From: Phoronis australis
Lineage: Eukaryota; Animalia; Phoronida
DNA: 64,000 bases
Direction of reading: 5' to 3'
Assembly (NCBI GenBank): GCA_002633005.1
Contig: NMRA01000286.1
Location: 278,175-342,174 of the forward strand
The notes beneath the pieces were generated by a model that was not told the origin of the DNA, ran no database searches, and was given only the letters and a program-made list of their open reading frames with translations. Below are positions 27,001 to 42,000 of the stretch, piece by piece (position 1 is the stretch's first letter; every line of letters starts with the position of its first letter). The position numbers were made by a program, and so were the translations under genes.

Positions 27001-30000
27001 TTATGTTGTTTTGTGTCCTTTGTCTTCTACCTCTCTATCCTCCAAACTTCATGATAAAAGGTGGCACCTGTGCTGACTTGCTTTGCACCACTTACAGGCC
27101 ATTATTAAGTTCATTAGCATTGTTCCCTTTATCAGTGAGAGTGTTTAAAATAATGATCATCTCTTATATCTGCGCTGTATGCAATGCACACGGCGAGTGC
27201 ATATAAGTGCTCCACGTTGCTCTTGTTTAGTTTAAGAAGGCACTTTTTATCAATTCTAACTATTGTTGAATTTCTCCTTGTACATTACATGAAGCTGATT
27301 AAGCACTCCTAGAAACAGTTTGTGGTGCACTATGGCGCATATAAATACTTAGCATTGCAGTAGTTTCATTTCTGACAGTGGAGTCCTTGGGCATAAAGGG
27401 CTTAAAAGAAAATCTCTGACTTGTTGTTTTGGGTAATAGAATAAAGACAGAAAACTGAAAAATGTGTTTTGTGTTAATTATAGCAATCAAGATTTTCAGG
27501 AAGAAATGTAGTTCATGATTATAAACATGTGGGTATTATCTTTGTGTACGTAGGGGATTTTAAAAATTATACATTATGATAGTTTTATTGATCTACAATT
27601 AAAACTTAAAAAGTTATTTTAGAAATTGATCCAGGGTAACGATGATAGCCAATCACATTAATGGCGCGTGCAGTGCCATCTTGGGAAAAAAACAGTTTCA
27701 GTTCTTGTTTTGGTTCTTAAATATGAAGAGTTAGTGTACCTAATGACACAGGATCACACCATGAACGAAGTGGAGTTCGTTGGTTGCTCCAACAAAAAGA
27801 TTCACCATTGCTAACTTAACTTAATCCAGTCTGAAGCTTGCGATTCTGTCTTGATCTATGGTAATTAGCTTTGTCATATTTCAGCATCTTCCAGAGAACA
27901 GTCACAGAGCCTACCAAGCCTTGTATACTGCCAATGATATCATCAATATTTGTGTACAAAACCCTTGTACTGAATCCTTTAAAAGGTGAATTAGCTGCAA
28001 TGTAACAAAATGTCCAAAGTCATTTCACATACTGTGTGTCTGGTATTTCTCTTTCTCCGGTAAAACTGTTCTCATTTTTATGTGCCCACATATACATATG
28101 TGGGTACTTCTTGCCATCGTCTCTGCCTCGGCATCTGCTGCTGTATGTTCTACAATCCCTTGCGGAATCTTATTGAGATTTGGTTCATGTGTTCCTATGA
28201 AGTTGATGATGGATTACGATGAGTGTCTGACCAATCCAACTAGTTGCAGTTTTATTTTTTTACTTTCTTTTGCCTGTGTATGTTTGGAGCTCCTTTCTAT
28301 TTTCGGATGTATTTGAGATATTTCGCGCCACCTGACGCCCATTTTAGTTATTTTTGAGTCTGTTTTTGGGTGTCTGCCTCTCTATCTGCCAAACTGTTCA
28401 CAGGATCGTTATGAGAATTTATAAAATTAATGTGTTTTTGCTGGGAACACCACAACTGACATTGGTTTTTGGATGGGTCTGACTGATGTTGTGGCTCTTA
28501 GTGACAATGCTTTGCATCTGGCTGTATCTCACAGGATCTTTGTAAAATTTGGCAGTTGTTTTCCTACAGAATGTGATTACATCTAACCAAAATGTTGTAC
28601 AGATCTAACTACCTCTGTGCCCCCTAGTGACAATTAAGAAACAACAGAGCCTTTCCATTTTTGGATGGATTTGATGTATTCTGCACCACCTAGTGACCAT
28701 TACTATTATTTTCACATTTTTGTCATCTGCCTCAGTGCGTATGTACTAAATTGCTCAAAAAATAATCATGAAAATTGGCAGACGTGGTGACAAGCATGAC
28801 TGACTTTGATCTTCAGACTGATCTGACATTTGCAACACCTGCTAGTGGCATATATTTGCGTCTCCAGCTGTAAACCCCTTCCAGGATCTTTGTGAAATTT
28901 GGCAAGTGTATTCCTGTGAACTTGACTACAGATGACATCTTCTTTTAGACGGATCTGACTACCACTGTGCCTCCCAGTGGCAATTTGATTTTTTTACTTT
29001 TGTGGGTTCCTTGACATTTCTTATGAAATTTGTCAAACAGTTTTGTGGGTTCCTTGACATTTTTTATGAAATTTGTCAAACAGTTTTCTATAATGGAGAT
29101 GACAACAGCTACCCATTTTGTATGAATTCAACACATTCTGCACCATCTAGTGGCCATTTTTATGATACTGAAAAACACCCTTAGAAGCATGCCGTTTGTG
29201 GTGCAGTCATGTGTACATTTAAACACTGCGTTGCTCCTATTGATTAACTGGTCATTAGGAGTTGCCTCTGACTTAGGAGTAGTTTTTAAAGATAAGAAAA
29301 GAATAAAAAACTGATTTTGGTAGTAAAACTGTTGTCGTGACATCAACTAATTAAAGTTTTCCTTGAGGTGAATGAGATGTGGATGCTGAGTAATTAACGT
29401 ACACATAAAACTTCCCAAATATTTTGTATTTTATACTTTTTTCACTTTTGTCAAATGCAAAAAAGTATTCAAAGCGAGACAAAAGGTAAATTGTGAAAAA
29501 TGCTTGTGAAAACTGTTAGTATTTTTTCACTTCACTGGTAATGGGGAATGGAGCTATGATCAGAAAAGGTGTTGCAACTCCAACCACTGATGGCGCTACT
29601 GTGCTTGTTTCACACTGTGTAAGACATTTCTTCATTTATTTCAGAGGTCACGAGATTGCCGAGAGTTTCTTCAGCCAGGGTAATGGTGCCAGCCAACACA
29701 CAGTGTGTGCCGTGGGTCATTGTCACATTGACTCAGGTGAGTCGGTCCAGTATTGTAAAGATGGTTACATTAAAACCACATGATTGTGAAGAGCAATGTC
29801 CCATAATGTCTATGTGTTGAGCAATGCAATACAGAATTACACAACCTCTGACTGGCTAAAACACAGCAGGATAACTTCCATTATGAGGTGATGTTGACCG
29901 GCTAGCCATGGAATATCACTTTGTATTCATCGGACATCAAATGTTACTATTGGTGATTTGACCAATTACAGCCTGTGCTCAAGTGCTTTTTAGTTTAATT

Positions 30001-33000
30001 TTTTCACATCCGTGTTTTGCATGGATTCAGTGTGTGTACATTGAAATTAAATTTGCATTTAACTTTTCCTATAGCCTGGTTGTGGCCATATGCAGAGACT
30101 ATCAGGAAGTGTGCGCGCAGTTGGAGCACGACCATCCGTCTGATGGAGAGGTACCCCCAGTTCACGTTCGCCTGTTCACAGGTACTTGATAATCATGATG
30201 GGCTATCGCATTACCACAAATATGTTTTTAAGTAGATGTCCTGTTTGATCAGCCATCGTGGTTTTGCCAAGGTCTGTATTTAATAAATAGAGTGCTTGAG
30301 GATATCTAAATATTAATACACTTCTTTGTAACCTTACGACCATGAGAGATAATTACTAGTTGTTGCATGTGGGATGACATGTGATAACATTTTTTGAAAA
30401 CTGTCTTTAATTTGCTTTGAAAAGATGTTTGAGTAAGTTCCATCTTTAATTTGTCTAGGTTTTCCATTCAACAGTGGTTTTGAATTTTTTTTAAATTGGA
30501 CTTTTTTTCATTTTAATAAGAGTGTCGCAGATAAGCACTCTTGCGTATAAGTAGTGATTAAGCTAACTAGAGTACAATCTAAACTTCGTTACTTCACAAA
30601 CTCACGATCATATCTTGAAACATGAAATCTTACTGCAAAATTGTTGTAGAGTTTCTGGTTATTTTACTCAATTTTGATTGTTATTTTGTTTACAGGCTCA
30701 ACAGTTTCAGTGGGTGAAAGAACACTATCCTGACTTATACAAAGACATCACACACTTTGTCAAGAAAGGCAGATTCATCCCTGTTGGCGGTGTGTGGGTT
30801 GAAATGGTACAGAATTCTGTCCACATTCATTGAAATGCTCTTTTGTTGCATAATAGATGCTCTGAAACATTCTCAGTCGGTAGTTGAAAATGATTGCCAT
30901 GATATATGATTTGTTTACGTGAAATGCTGAAGTAACGATTCCGACCATGTCTCATAACTAAAACTGTTTTCTTGAAATTGCCCAATCGCTTTTGATTTTA
31001 GAACATCGTTTTTGCATTACTTTGAGACTGGCATCTTATTCGCAATGAAATGTCAGGTTAGTTAGTATCTAGGAATAGCAATGAATTTTTTAAAGATGTA
31101 TTTGCTTGCTCCCAGCTATGCTAAATGTATATCAGGAATTAGTGACAATGCTATTTGAACATCATCTATGCTAAACAAAGTGCAGTTGTACTCGTGGACA
31201 TATTGTAGATCTGATGTGAAAACAAAAAATTCTGCAAATAGGTGACCTTTGCACTAACGACATACCTTGGGGGCTCTCATAGTCCACATCATGCAGTGTT
31301 ATTCCCCAACACCACATCACGATACTTACTGGGCACAGTTCAGTGATTTACAGCGGATCATTTTCAACACAAAACTCATTCTTAAAAACATTTGGCAATT
31401 TTCAGCATACTTCATATTCACATCATCGCTTTATGTTGTGTTTCTAACTAATTTGACCAAGCACTCACAGAGATAAAGAATAAGTGTGCAAGTTTAACTT
31501 TAAACTGTGCCACTGTTAATATTTACTTCGTACTTTGACTCTGAGGAAACACGAGTCCACTATAGTTAAGGTTAGCAATTAACCTAGAAAAGTATATTAA
31601 GCATTTGGCAAATTTGTAACATCATATCTCACGGATGACTGGTGGGATTCATGTGAATTGTATGATCGTCTGTTCTTCAAAATACTGTTGAAAGTTATTT
31701 CGAAAATATTCCACTTTTATGTCCAAGTCTATTTAAATCTTACTAGGACTTTTAGTATTTCTACAGTAGTCTTAAAAGTAAAACAACAAATTTGAAAACC
31801 ACCTGCAGTGTTCTTGAGATTTCATCTTGAATATTTATATGAAAATTGAACATGTTTTTGTTTCTGTTGTTTTGCTATGAATTTACCTTTCTAAATTTAT
31901 AAAAGGAAATTGCCACGTGACCCAGTCAATGGTAGATTGGTGTAAAATAAAAAAATGACTTCTACAACTTTTCACTTCCACAGATTTGTATTTTTGCTGA
32001 GTGAGTAGCTTTGCAAATATTTGGCTAACTTTACAGACTTGTCAATAAGTTTACTTGTTACAACTTGTTTTACTGAAAGTGATGATGTTGCACTTGGACT
32101 GTATATTTAGGATGGCAACTTACCAAGTGGCGAGGCCTTTGTTCGTCAGTTCCTCTATGGTCAAAGATTTTTTGAGCAAGAGTTTGGGATGAAGTGTCAA
32201 GAGGCGAGTGTTTTACTTAAAAAGCTCAATCTCTTCCCCATTTTAGCTTCCTAGCTGTTGTTGAATATGCTTCATGAATTTTCACTACTAAATCTTTGCA
32301 TTGCAGCTTAATAATGTGTAGACAAGAGACAATCGCTACTTATCAAATAATTAGTCCAAAGGATCTCTTGCACACCTGAGCCAAAATTTTTTAAATAGAT
32401 AACATTATCAACCATTTAAACCTATGAACTTTTGATTTAGATCGATTACTTGTTTTCCATACTCGAATTATAGGTACTTTCAGAAGCTGACACCAGGTTC
32501 AATAAGCTGTGTTGCTATGGCGGGTCTTTCATGTGCCGAGCGATGTCTGAGGCAGTAACAAACTTACAGTTGTGTCTAAATGGCACTTCACACCCTAATG
32601 AGGGACAAGTTAAGACCAGTTATATAACCGTATTCAGTCTAAACAAAAATTTTGCTTGACAGAACGCTGGTTTAAAGCTGCCTTAAAGAATGGCCCATAA
32701 AATTGCATATGGCGTGATATCTTACACAGTCCCACGGCTTTAATAACAGATACAACTTCTGTGATCCTGCTTCAAAAGAACATCACCAGAACTCCATTCT
32801 CACGGAATGCCATTAAAAAGTCTGCATTTGTCTTCATTTCAGTTCTGGCTCCCAGACACCTTTGGCTATTCTGGTCAACTCCCCCAGGTCATGAAGCAGT
32901 GTGGTATCTCGAGATTCCTCACTCAGAAACTCAGTTGGAACCTGGTCAACAAATTTCCTGTGAGTTTTGTTGTGTACGTTTCCGTATTGGAAACTCAGGA

Positions 33001-36000
33001 ATTGGTTTGATTTTTTTTGTTGCAACGAGATCACTTACTGTTGGAAGAAAGACGATGTTCTGTAGGGCACGTCACTTACCTAATGTGTTTAATTGAAAAA
33101 GTGTCTTCTTTTATCACGAGAATTTCTTTTACAAAGTTTGGAAGTAGACACCAAGGTTCTCTGCGAGAAACAAATGATTCAATACGGTCAGGTACTTACT
33201 TAGTATTACAAATGTTGTGATCCAGATGTGTGACCTGTGATGTAACATTGTCTTCTATGATGAGACATTACTTTTGTTGTTATGATTCATGACTTCTATC
33301 ACTAAGTGAACATAAGTATAATATTTTTAACTGAATACGTGCCCCTGAACTTATCAGTTTTAAGCTACCACACTTTGTGCCATTCTGTTTCGTGGCCCTT
33401 GATCTATAGGTTCTTGGCCAAAAGTTCTTGGTGTTAACCCTAACATGTAGGGTAACTTATTGATATTTTAGTTTCTATTAGGTTCTCCCATATTTTAAGC
33501 TGACTGAATTGTTTGGGGATTAAGATCAGTCATATAAGCACTCTATTGTGGGGTTAGGTAGACAAGCCTTGTCAGAAGATAATTACGATTCAGCAAGCCT
33601 TAAGAGGAAAGACTGACTACTCAACAAAGGAGCAGCAGTTACACTGCGGGAGTTTTTCTTTTATTCTTTAACTAACGCTTTTGTAGCGAACCAATTGTTG
33701 TCATTCAAAAATGTGATAGGCGGTCTTCGCTTTTGTATATAGCAAGGCCAAAAATAGCTTGCACTGCATTTAATTTTTTTTTAATGTAGGCACACAGGGA
33801 TGTCACTAACATCCATCTCCCTATTCCCAAAGCAAAACAAGACAAAGTGCAGGAGCTGTGGTTATTGACTGAGGCAAATTCCAACTTTCAAGAAGCATTT
33901 AATGTTGACTGTAGGACATGAGATGTAAGGTCTCATGTTCTGGGCATCCCATTCTTTCTAGTGAGAGTTGGGGATTGTCATTGAATAGTGGGATCTGCGC
34001 TATGCAATTTTGGTACGGCATTTCCGTTTGAATGTATTCATTGTATTCTGTGTTTTTAGCACCACACTTTCTGGTGGGAAGGTATAGATGGCAGCCGCGT
34101 GTTGTCCCACTTTCCGCCTGGTGAGAATTATGGGATGAAAGGAAAGGTGGAAGAAGTAGGTCAAGCTTTCAGGTCATAACTAATGTCAGTTGAGCTGAAT
34201 ACTAATTAAAATGAAATGAAAATTCAAATCATTGCCGGTTTCCCAAATGCTGTCCTGTCATTAATATTGCTAAGTTATAAATTTCATGTTTTGCAAGTAC
34301 CAACAATGTCCTACTTTTCTATCAGTGTTTTGTACTTGATTGCTATTTTTCAGTTATCAATTATTAATAATCAATACTGTATCAGTCTAGGCATATTAGT
34401 CAGTTTCAAATTATGCTTCATAATTAGGATGCAGTGCCTACAAAATATTAAATTAAAACAACTCTTTTTAGCTAAATGAAATCTATTTGGTTTCATTAGA
34501 AACTTGTCTGATTTCACAGCACTAAGTACTTTGTCAGTAGATTTGCATAAGAACTGCTGTTGCCAAGAAATCTGTTTATCAAGAATACAGATCTAAGATC
34601 CTTTTGTGTGGAGCAGAGTAGTTACTGCATTATGGAAAACGTCATTCAATAAAACACCGGTTAAAAAAGATATACTCTGAACTTGAACTGCTGATTATTC
34701 AAACTGCTGGGCTTCTTAAATTGAATTCCTTGTGAAAAGTTAGGTTAAGATCATTTTTACCTGAAAGAATGAAGTAAAAGTTATCCAGAATGGATTCGTT
34801 AGGTTTCAGTTCTTTGGTTGTTATAGTTCCATTTGGTTTTTAGTAACTTGGTAGATAATTGGCCTGCGAGTCCTGATGCCAGAAAAAAGGTCGCCGGAAC
34901 TCTTAGCAATGGACTGATTGATATCTGAATTTAGCCTTGATTTAGAAACTTTTGTCATATGGTTTTAAAACCAGAATTGGAAGTTTTTTTGTAATGCTAA
35001 CATTGATTCAGCTGCAGAAAACCATTTCTGTAACCGTGTCATTTTAAGAACAAAGTTGCTGCTGAAATCAAGACATGCAGAGGTAGAATTAGCTTGCTTG
35101 TTTTGTTTATGTTTTAATTGAATTTCGCTTAAACGTGAAGTCTATTTTCCATGTTGACATAATGCTAAGTAGTTTCAATGATAATGTCTTAATCCATTGT
35201 TTCGGAGCTATTGTTTGTAGTGCTGAAGAGTGACAGAAGTTATTGAATTTAATTTACTGTTAGTAGTCTAGGTGGGATAATGTTGACTTACAAAAAGTGT
35301 ACTTTGTTTTTATTTAATAACTAAATGTAATTAAGCCTTGAGTTATTCTCTATTTCGGCAGCTTTTGAAGACAGTGAACAACTTTGAAGACAAGGGGCGC
35401 TCCAACTACAGCATGTACCTGTATGGGTACGGCGACGGTGGCCAGGGGCCCACGTAAGTAGGCCTTTATCTAGTATGGTACTGCCATAGAGCTGTGGCCA
35501 GATGGCGAGTTACCCACATGCAAGTTATCACAACGGCAACTTGCCAATGATAAGCTGAGCGTTCTGATGGACAAAGCCGCCACCATTGCCACGAAACGAT
35601 AACAAGAAAATCAGTACACATGTATGGAGAAGACTTATTAATGGTATTTGTATGAGCTGAGCAACACAAGCACATGGCTCATGGCTCATAATTTCACCTT
35701 GATACTGTTTCTGTCCACACAGGATGTTGGTGCTGGTCGACCAAGTTAATTGGGTGCAAACCGGGTTCCCTCAAAAAAGTGTGATAGTTATTAGACTAGT
35801 GATTATTATGTCAATTTAATTTTTGTCCACTCAGTCAATTTTGTCCAATCATCCAATCTATCTGGACACAACAGACTTGGTTACAGCTGGTACCATTGAA
35901 ACTCAGACATAAGGTATGTTACCCTGAGAAAGGATGCAATGTGACCTAATGGGATAAGTGCCCATTTGCTTTACTCAAGTTGGTGGCTTCGAGTCCGAAT

Positions 36001-39000
36001 GGGTCACACTGCTAGACCCTTGAGTGAGGTCTCTAGCTCCTCAGCTCAGTTTTAACAATATATTAATAAAGCATAAAATGTTTGTCTAAACTTAGGCTTG
36101 GGAAAACCAGTGCCTTAAATGTTCTGCTTCATGCACATCTAACTTGTCTGATACATGGCCAACCCTTAAATTGGGTTTGCTGTACATTCTGTTTCTAGGG
36201 TTCTCTGGAATTAAGTAACTTGTAGACCAGACACTTTTGTTACCTGATGCATAGTCCTGTCAGTGATAAAAACCCATGAATGTGTTACTAAGAGATAATA
36301 GATCTATTTTATGAATGACTTTTTGTATGGGTTTAATGATAGATGTTTTGTTTTACTTTGGATTTCTATTTGAACAAGTCAAATCTGGCTGACTGTTAAG
36401 GCACTGTACAGTTTTTTTAAGTAAGTCAACTCTTGTTCTTTTAGGGAGCACATGATTGAGGCTTTGACTCGTCTAGCAGACACAGATGGATTACCTAGGT
36501 AAGGCATTCTTGTAGTTGGTTGATCTGTCAATATGTCATGCAGTTGGCTTCTTTTTAGCTACATTTGACGTGGCTCAGGCCAAGTGTAGATTATATGCTG
36601 ACANNNNNNGGCGGCCATTTTGTATCCGATTTCACAATCAAATACTCGTAGAGGCCGCATTTTTCGACCTACATGGCTGAAAAATCGGTACGAATATACT
36701 AGAACGCATGTGCTACAATTGTGCATAAAATCGTTGACTTCCGGTTAAAGATGGCGGAAATATTGGACGAAGCGCATGCGCACCCCGAAATATGGCTAAA
36801 AACGTTTTCTCCTGTAGAGGGCGCATTTGCAAACCAATCACTTTCAAACTGGTCACGTGTTTGTTGAGTTTAATAAGCTTTTATAAAAAAATATTGAACC
36901 GGAAGTCACTTTCAAGATGGCGGCTGTGGCCCATGTTCACACGGTTTCAATCGCTCTGGTGTCGCATTTTTAACGGGAAGAGTAAATGACGTGAATTTTT
37001 GCATGTGGAGTCCTTAAAGTATGGCCTTTCAAAAAGTCTGGGAGAGCGTATTTCTCAGACTTACCGTTTTCGAGTTATTTGACTTTGAATTTCAAAAAAA
37101 AACGGCAAATTTTCAATTTTTTCGAAAAATTTTTTGTTTTTGCCAATCTACCACTTTAGATAGAATTTTGAACGGGCTTTCAGAAGATATTTTCCATTTT
37201 GCGCTACGACATCTACTTTTTGAATTATTCGAGATTTACGGATACCGTTGTTCCAATTCGGTCACCTATGCAAGGACCCAGCTGGCTGGCTTTCAGTTAA
37301 CTTTGTTTTGGTTATGCCTAGTTCACCCAGACTGACCCAGCCAGCACTGTCCTACTGTGGCGGAATAGCTCTCTGTAGACTGTACAATTCCAGGCCAAAT
37401 ACTTATTGTAAACATAACTTTGCTTTGCAGACTGTCACATAGCGCCACCTATTTTAGAATGTGGGAACAGACGTGGCTCGTCCGTCATGTTGCGCCATCT
37501 ATTGTTCTTTAATGTAGTTGATTGTATTCTCTCTATTTGATTTCTTCGCTAGTCACATGAGTGTTATCGTGTTATTCATAATTGCCGCCTTGATCGTCTT
37601 GATTGTCGTCGTCCTCCCCATCGTCGTCTTTTCGATTAATTCCGCCAAGTGTCGCTCCTCGGAGCGCTCTCGTTTCAGTTATCAATTATTAATAATCAAT
37701 ACTGTATCAGTCTAGGCATTTTAGTCAGTTTCAAATTATACTTTATAATTAGGATGCAGTGCCCACAAAATATTAAATTAAAATATCTGTTTTTAGCTAA
37801 ATTGAAACCTGTTTGGTTTCATTAGAAACTTGTCTGATTTCACAGCACTTAGTACTTTGTCAGTAGATTTGCATAAGAACTGGTGTCGCCAAGAAATCTG
37901 TTTATCTAAGATCCTTTTGTGTGGAGCAGAGTAGTTACTGCATTATGGAAAACGTCATTCAATAAAACACCGGTTAAAAAGATATACTCTGAACTTGAAC
38001 TGCTGATTATTCAAACTGCTGGGCTTCTTAAATTGAATTCCTTGTGAAAAGTTAGGTTAAGATCATTTTTACCTGAAAGAATGAAGTAAAAATTATCCAG
38101 AATGGATTCGTTAGGTTTCAGTTCTTTGGTTGTTAAAAGTAGTTCCATTTGGTTTTTAGTAACTTGGTAGATAATTGGCCTGCGAGTCCTGATGCTGGAA
38201 AAAAGGTCGCCGGAACTCTTAGCAATGGACTGATTGATATCTGAATTTAGCCTTGATTTGGAAACTTTTGTTATATGGTGTTAAAACCAGAACTGGAGGT
38301 TTTTGTAATGCTAACGTTGATTCAACTGCGGAAAACCAATTGTGTAATCGTGTCATTGTAAGAACAAAGTTGCTGCTGACATCAAGACATGCAAAGGTAG
38401 AATTAGCTTGCTTGTTTTGTTTATGTTTTAATTGAATTTCACTTAAATGTGAAGTCTTTTTTCTATGTTGACATCATGCTAAATAGTTCAAATGATAATG
38501 TCTTATCCACTGTTTCGCACCTATTGTTTGTAGTGCTGAAGTGTGACAGAAGTTATTGAATTTAAAATCGTTTACTGTTTGCAGTAGTCTAGGTGGATGA
38601 TGTTGACTTACAAAAAGTGTACTTTGTTTTTATTTAATAACTAAATGTAATTAAGCCTTGGCTTATTCTCTATTTCGGCAGCTTTTGAAGACAGTGAACA
38701 ACTTTGAAGACAAGGGGCGCTCCAACTACAGCATGTACCTGTATGGGTACGGCGATGGTGGCCAGGGGCCCACGTAAGTAGGCCTTTATCTAGTATGGTA
38801 CTGCCATAGAGCTGTGGCCAGATGGCAAGTTACCCACGTACAAGTTATCACAACGGCAACTTGCCAATGATAAGCTGAGCATTTTGATGGACAAATCCGC
38901 CACCATTGCCACGAAACGATAACAAGAAAATCACTACTAACACATGTATGGAGAAGACTTATGAATGGTATTTGTATGAGCTGAGCAACACAAGCACATG

Positions 39001-42000
39001 GCTCATGGCTCATAATTTCACCTTGATACTGTTTCTGTCCACACAGGATGTTGGTGCTGGTCGACCAAGTTAATTGGGTGCAAGCCGGGTTCCCTCAAAA
39101 AAGTGGGATAGTTATTAGACTAGTGATTATTATGTCAATTTAATTTTTGTTCACTCAGTCAGTTTTGTCCAATCATCCAATCATCTATCTGGACACAACA
39201 GACTTGGTTACAGCTGGTACCATTGAAACTCAGACATAAGGTATGTTACCCTGAGAAAGGATGCAATGTGACCTAATGGGATAAATGCCCATTTGCTTTA
39301 CTCAAGTTGGTGGCTTCGAGTCCGAATGGGTCACACTGCTAGACCCTTGAGTGAGGTCTCTAGCTCCTCAGCTCAGTTTTAACAATATATTAATAAAGCA
39401 TAAAATGTTTGTCTAAACTTAGGCTTGGGAAAACCAGTGCCTTAAATGTTCTGCTTCATGCACGTCTAACTTGTCTGATACATGGCCAACCCTTAAATTG
39501 GGTTTGCTGTACATTCTGTTTCTAGGGTTCTCTGGAATTAAGTAACTTGTAGACCAGACACTTTTGTTACCTGATGCATACTCCTGTCAGTGATAAAAAC
39601 CCATAAATGTGTTACTAAGATATTATAGATCTATTTTATGAATGACTTTTTGTATGGGTTTAATGATAGATGTTTTGTTTTACTTTGCATTTCTATTTGA
39701 ACAAGTCAAATCTGGCTGACTGTTAAGGCACTGTACAGTTTTTTTAAGTAAGTCAACTCTTGTTCTTTTAGGGAGCACATGATTGAGGCTTTGACTCGTC
39801 TAGCAGACACAGATGGATTACCTAGGTAAGGCATTCTTGTAGTTGGTTGATCTGTCAATATGTCATGCAGTTGGCTTCTTTTTAGCTACATTTGACGTGG
39901 CTCAGGCCAAGTGTAGATTATATGCTGACAGACAAGTGCAGTTCTTAAAATACGATACTGATGCTCCTCGTAACATGGTCAGTTTTAGATGATGTCAGCT
40001 TGATGCTATGCTAAAAACTTAGTCTCCTGTGGACAAATTTTGATGTTCTTTGCAACCCAGTTTCTTTGTTAAACAATGTTTAAATTTAGCCAGAACCACC
40101 GTGGTATTTGATCATAACTTTACCATTTTCCATTTCAGAGTAGAGATGAGTTGCCCAGACAACTATTTCTCCCGTGTTGAACAACAAGAGTCTGACAGCT
40201 TGTGTAAATGGGTCGGTGAGCTGTACTTTGAACTTCACAACGGAACATACACAACTCAGGCAAAGGTAGGCATGCATACCTTGCAATACAGACTGGCTAA
40301 AATTATTATTGTGATCTGGGATCTGCTGTTAAAATTTATTTGGGTGTGAGTCAAAGGTCAAAGCTTTCCTTAACTTTTGCTGCCTGACAATCTGAACAGT
40401 TAAATAGGCCTGTTTGCAGACTTAACACCTGATAATGACGAAATGAAGGGATACTAAATCCTGTATTGGTGATTTCAACCAATCCTCGTTCTGTCCTCTA
40501 CTAGTTCTCTATTAGTGTCTCACTTGAGTCTTAAAAGCAGATTTCAACTGAAAGTATTCTTGCTGTGTCTCAGAATGGTTAGTATGGTTCTTGGTGGGTG
40601 GTCTAGTTTCCCGCAACTATCGTATGGCGTAGGTCGCTCTTGCCAGTTTAGCAGACTGTGTAAGAAGTTTTCAAATGTGCTCCTGTAACTTTTGAGTATT
40701 GACAAGGGTTGCAGGGCATTATTTTGTTTTAGAGAGCTGGATGGACAGTCATTGTTAATATCTATGAATAGGCCCAAACCAGAATTGGTACCCCTTTAAA
40801 TAAGTGTGCACTATGACTTAGAGATACAAATTATGAATGATACTATTTGTGTACTGTACTTTTTTGGAAACTTTCTTAAATTATAAGATATTATAGAAAA
40901 TTGCTAATAGTCATACATCACTTGTGTGAGAGGGTTCTTTTCCCTAATAGACTTGCGTGCAGATCGACTGTCTGGCTTTCAAAAGATAACATGTCATTAC
41001 ATTAAAGACACATTAAACATGTCATTTTGAACAAGAATAGTTGACTAAATTGCCATTTTCATTTTAAAGCTGCATTTTGCCCTGTTTAGCTGGCTAAAAA
41101 TGAAAATTAAATGAGGTCATTTACTCTAAACTCATAAAGTCAGTATCATGATATTCGATTCTATTTCCTCTACCAACTTAATGTCACAGGCAATATGTAT
41201 GTGCGAAAGTTTCGAATTCGCAGTTTTAGGTTAGAGCGTTTTATTGAGTCACTGATGGTTTTGATGTCCTCGTTGGTAATAGAAATAAAATTCAATCATG
41301 GTAAAGAATATTATGTGACTGATTTGTTGGAGTAAAAGGCATAATTGTATTTTCGTTTCTGTTCAGCTTAACTGGATATAATGCACCTTTAACATTTATG
41401 AATGCCCACTTTTTTCAAAATATGATCTTGAACTTGGTGCTACATGTCTTCTATGAAAATATGAAAATGAGATTTCGCCTGTCAACAGTATTGTGTCCTA
41501 AATTAGTGGAATTTCACTGTATTACACGTACAAATCACTTGAATATTCACTGTATTACATTCACAAATCACTTAAATATTCACTGTATTACACTTACAAT
41601 TCACTTGCATATTCACTGTATTACACTTACAAGTCACTTTAATGTCATTTTGTATAAGCTATTTTGAGATGATTTGTCAAAGAACACCTGCATAGAGTTA
41701 TGCCAATCTGTGTCGCTGCATTTTAGACAAAACGAAACAATCGTCAGTGTGAGTTCCTGCTGCGCAACTTGGAACTGATTGCATCGCTGTGCTTAGCCGC
41801 TGGCAACACCTCGTTCATGTATCCACACAACGAACTCCAGCGGCTGTGGAAACTACTATTGCTTAACCAATTTCATGACGTGTTGCCAGGCAGCTCAATT
41901 GGTGAGGTAAGATGAAAACTGTAGTGGTGTAAAATGTTTGTACTATAATGTAGTGTGCTTCACTTTCACTTACTCTAGAATTAGAAGTCTTTTTATGAAG

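Larger units (their letters stand above)
34348..39930 (+). repeat. About 2.26-kb direct duplication (34348-36603 and 37673-39930) around an assembly gap (N at 36604-36609)
   Basis: Colinear, highly similar copies with scattered substitutions and small indels; each contains MAN2C1 exons 12 and 13. Confidence 0.95.

Noticed and set aside
37518-37715. Hydrophobic 65-aa ORF resembling a membrane peptide
   Set aside because: Derived from TCG/TTG low-complexity sequence within the HINE-like insertion.
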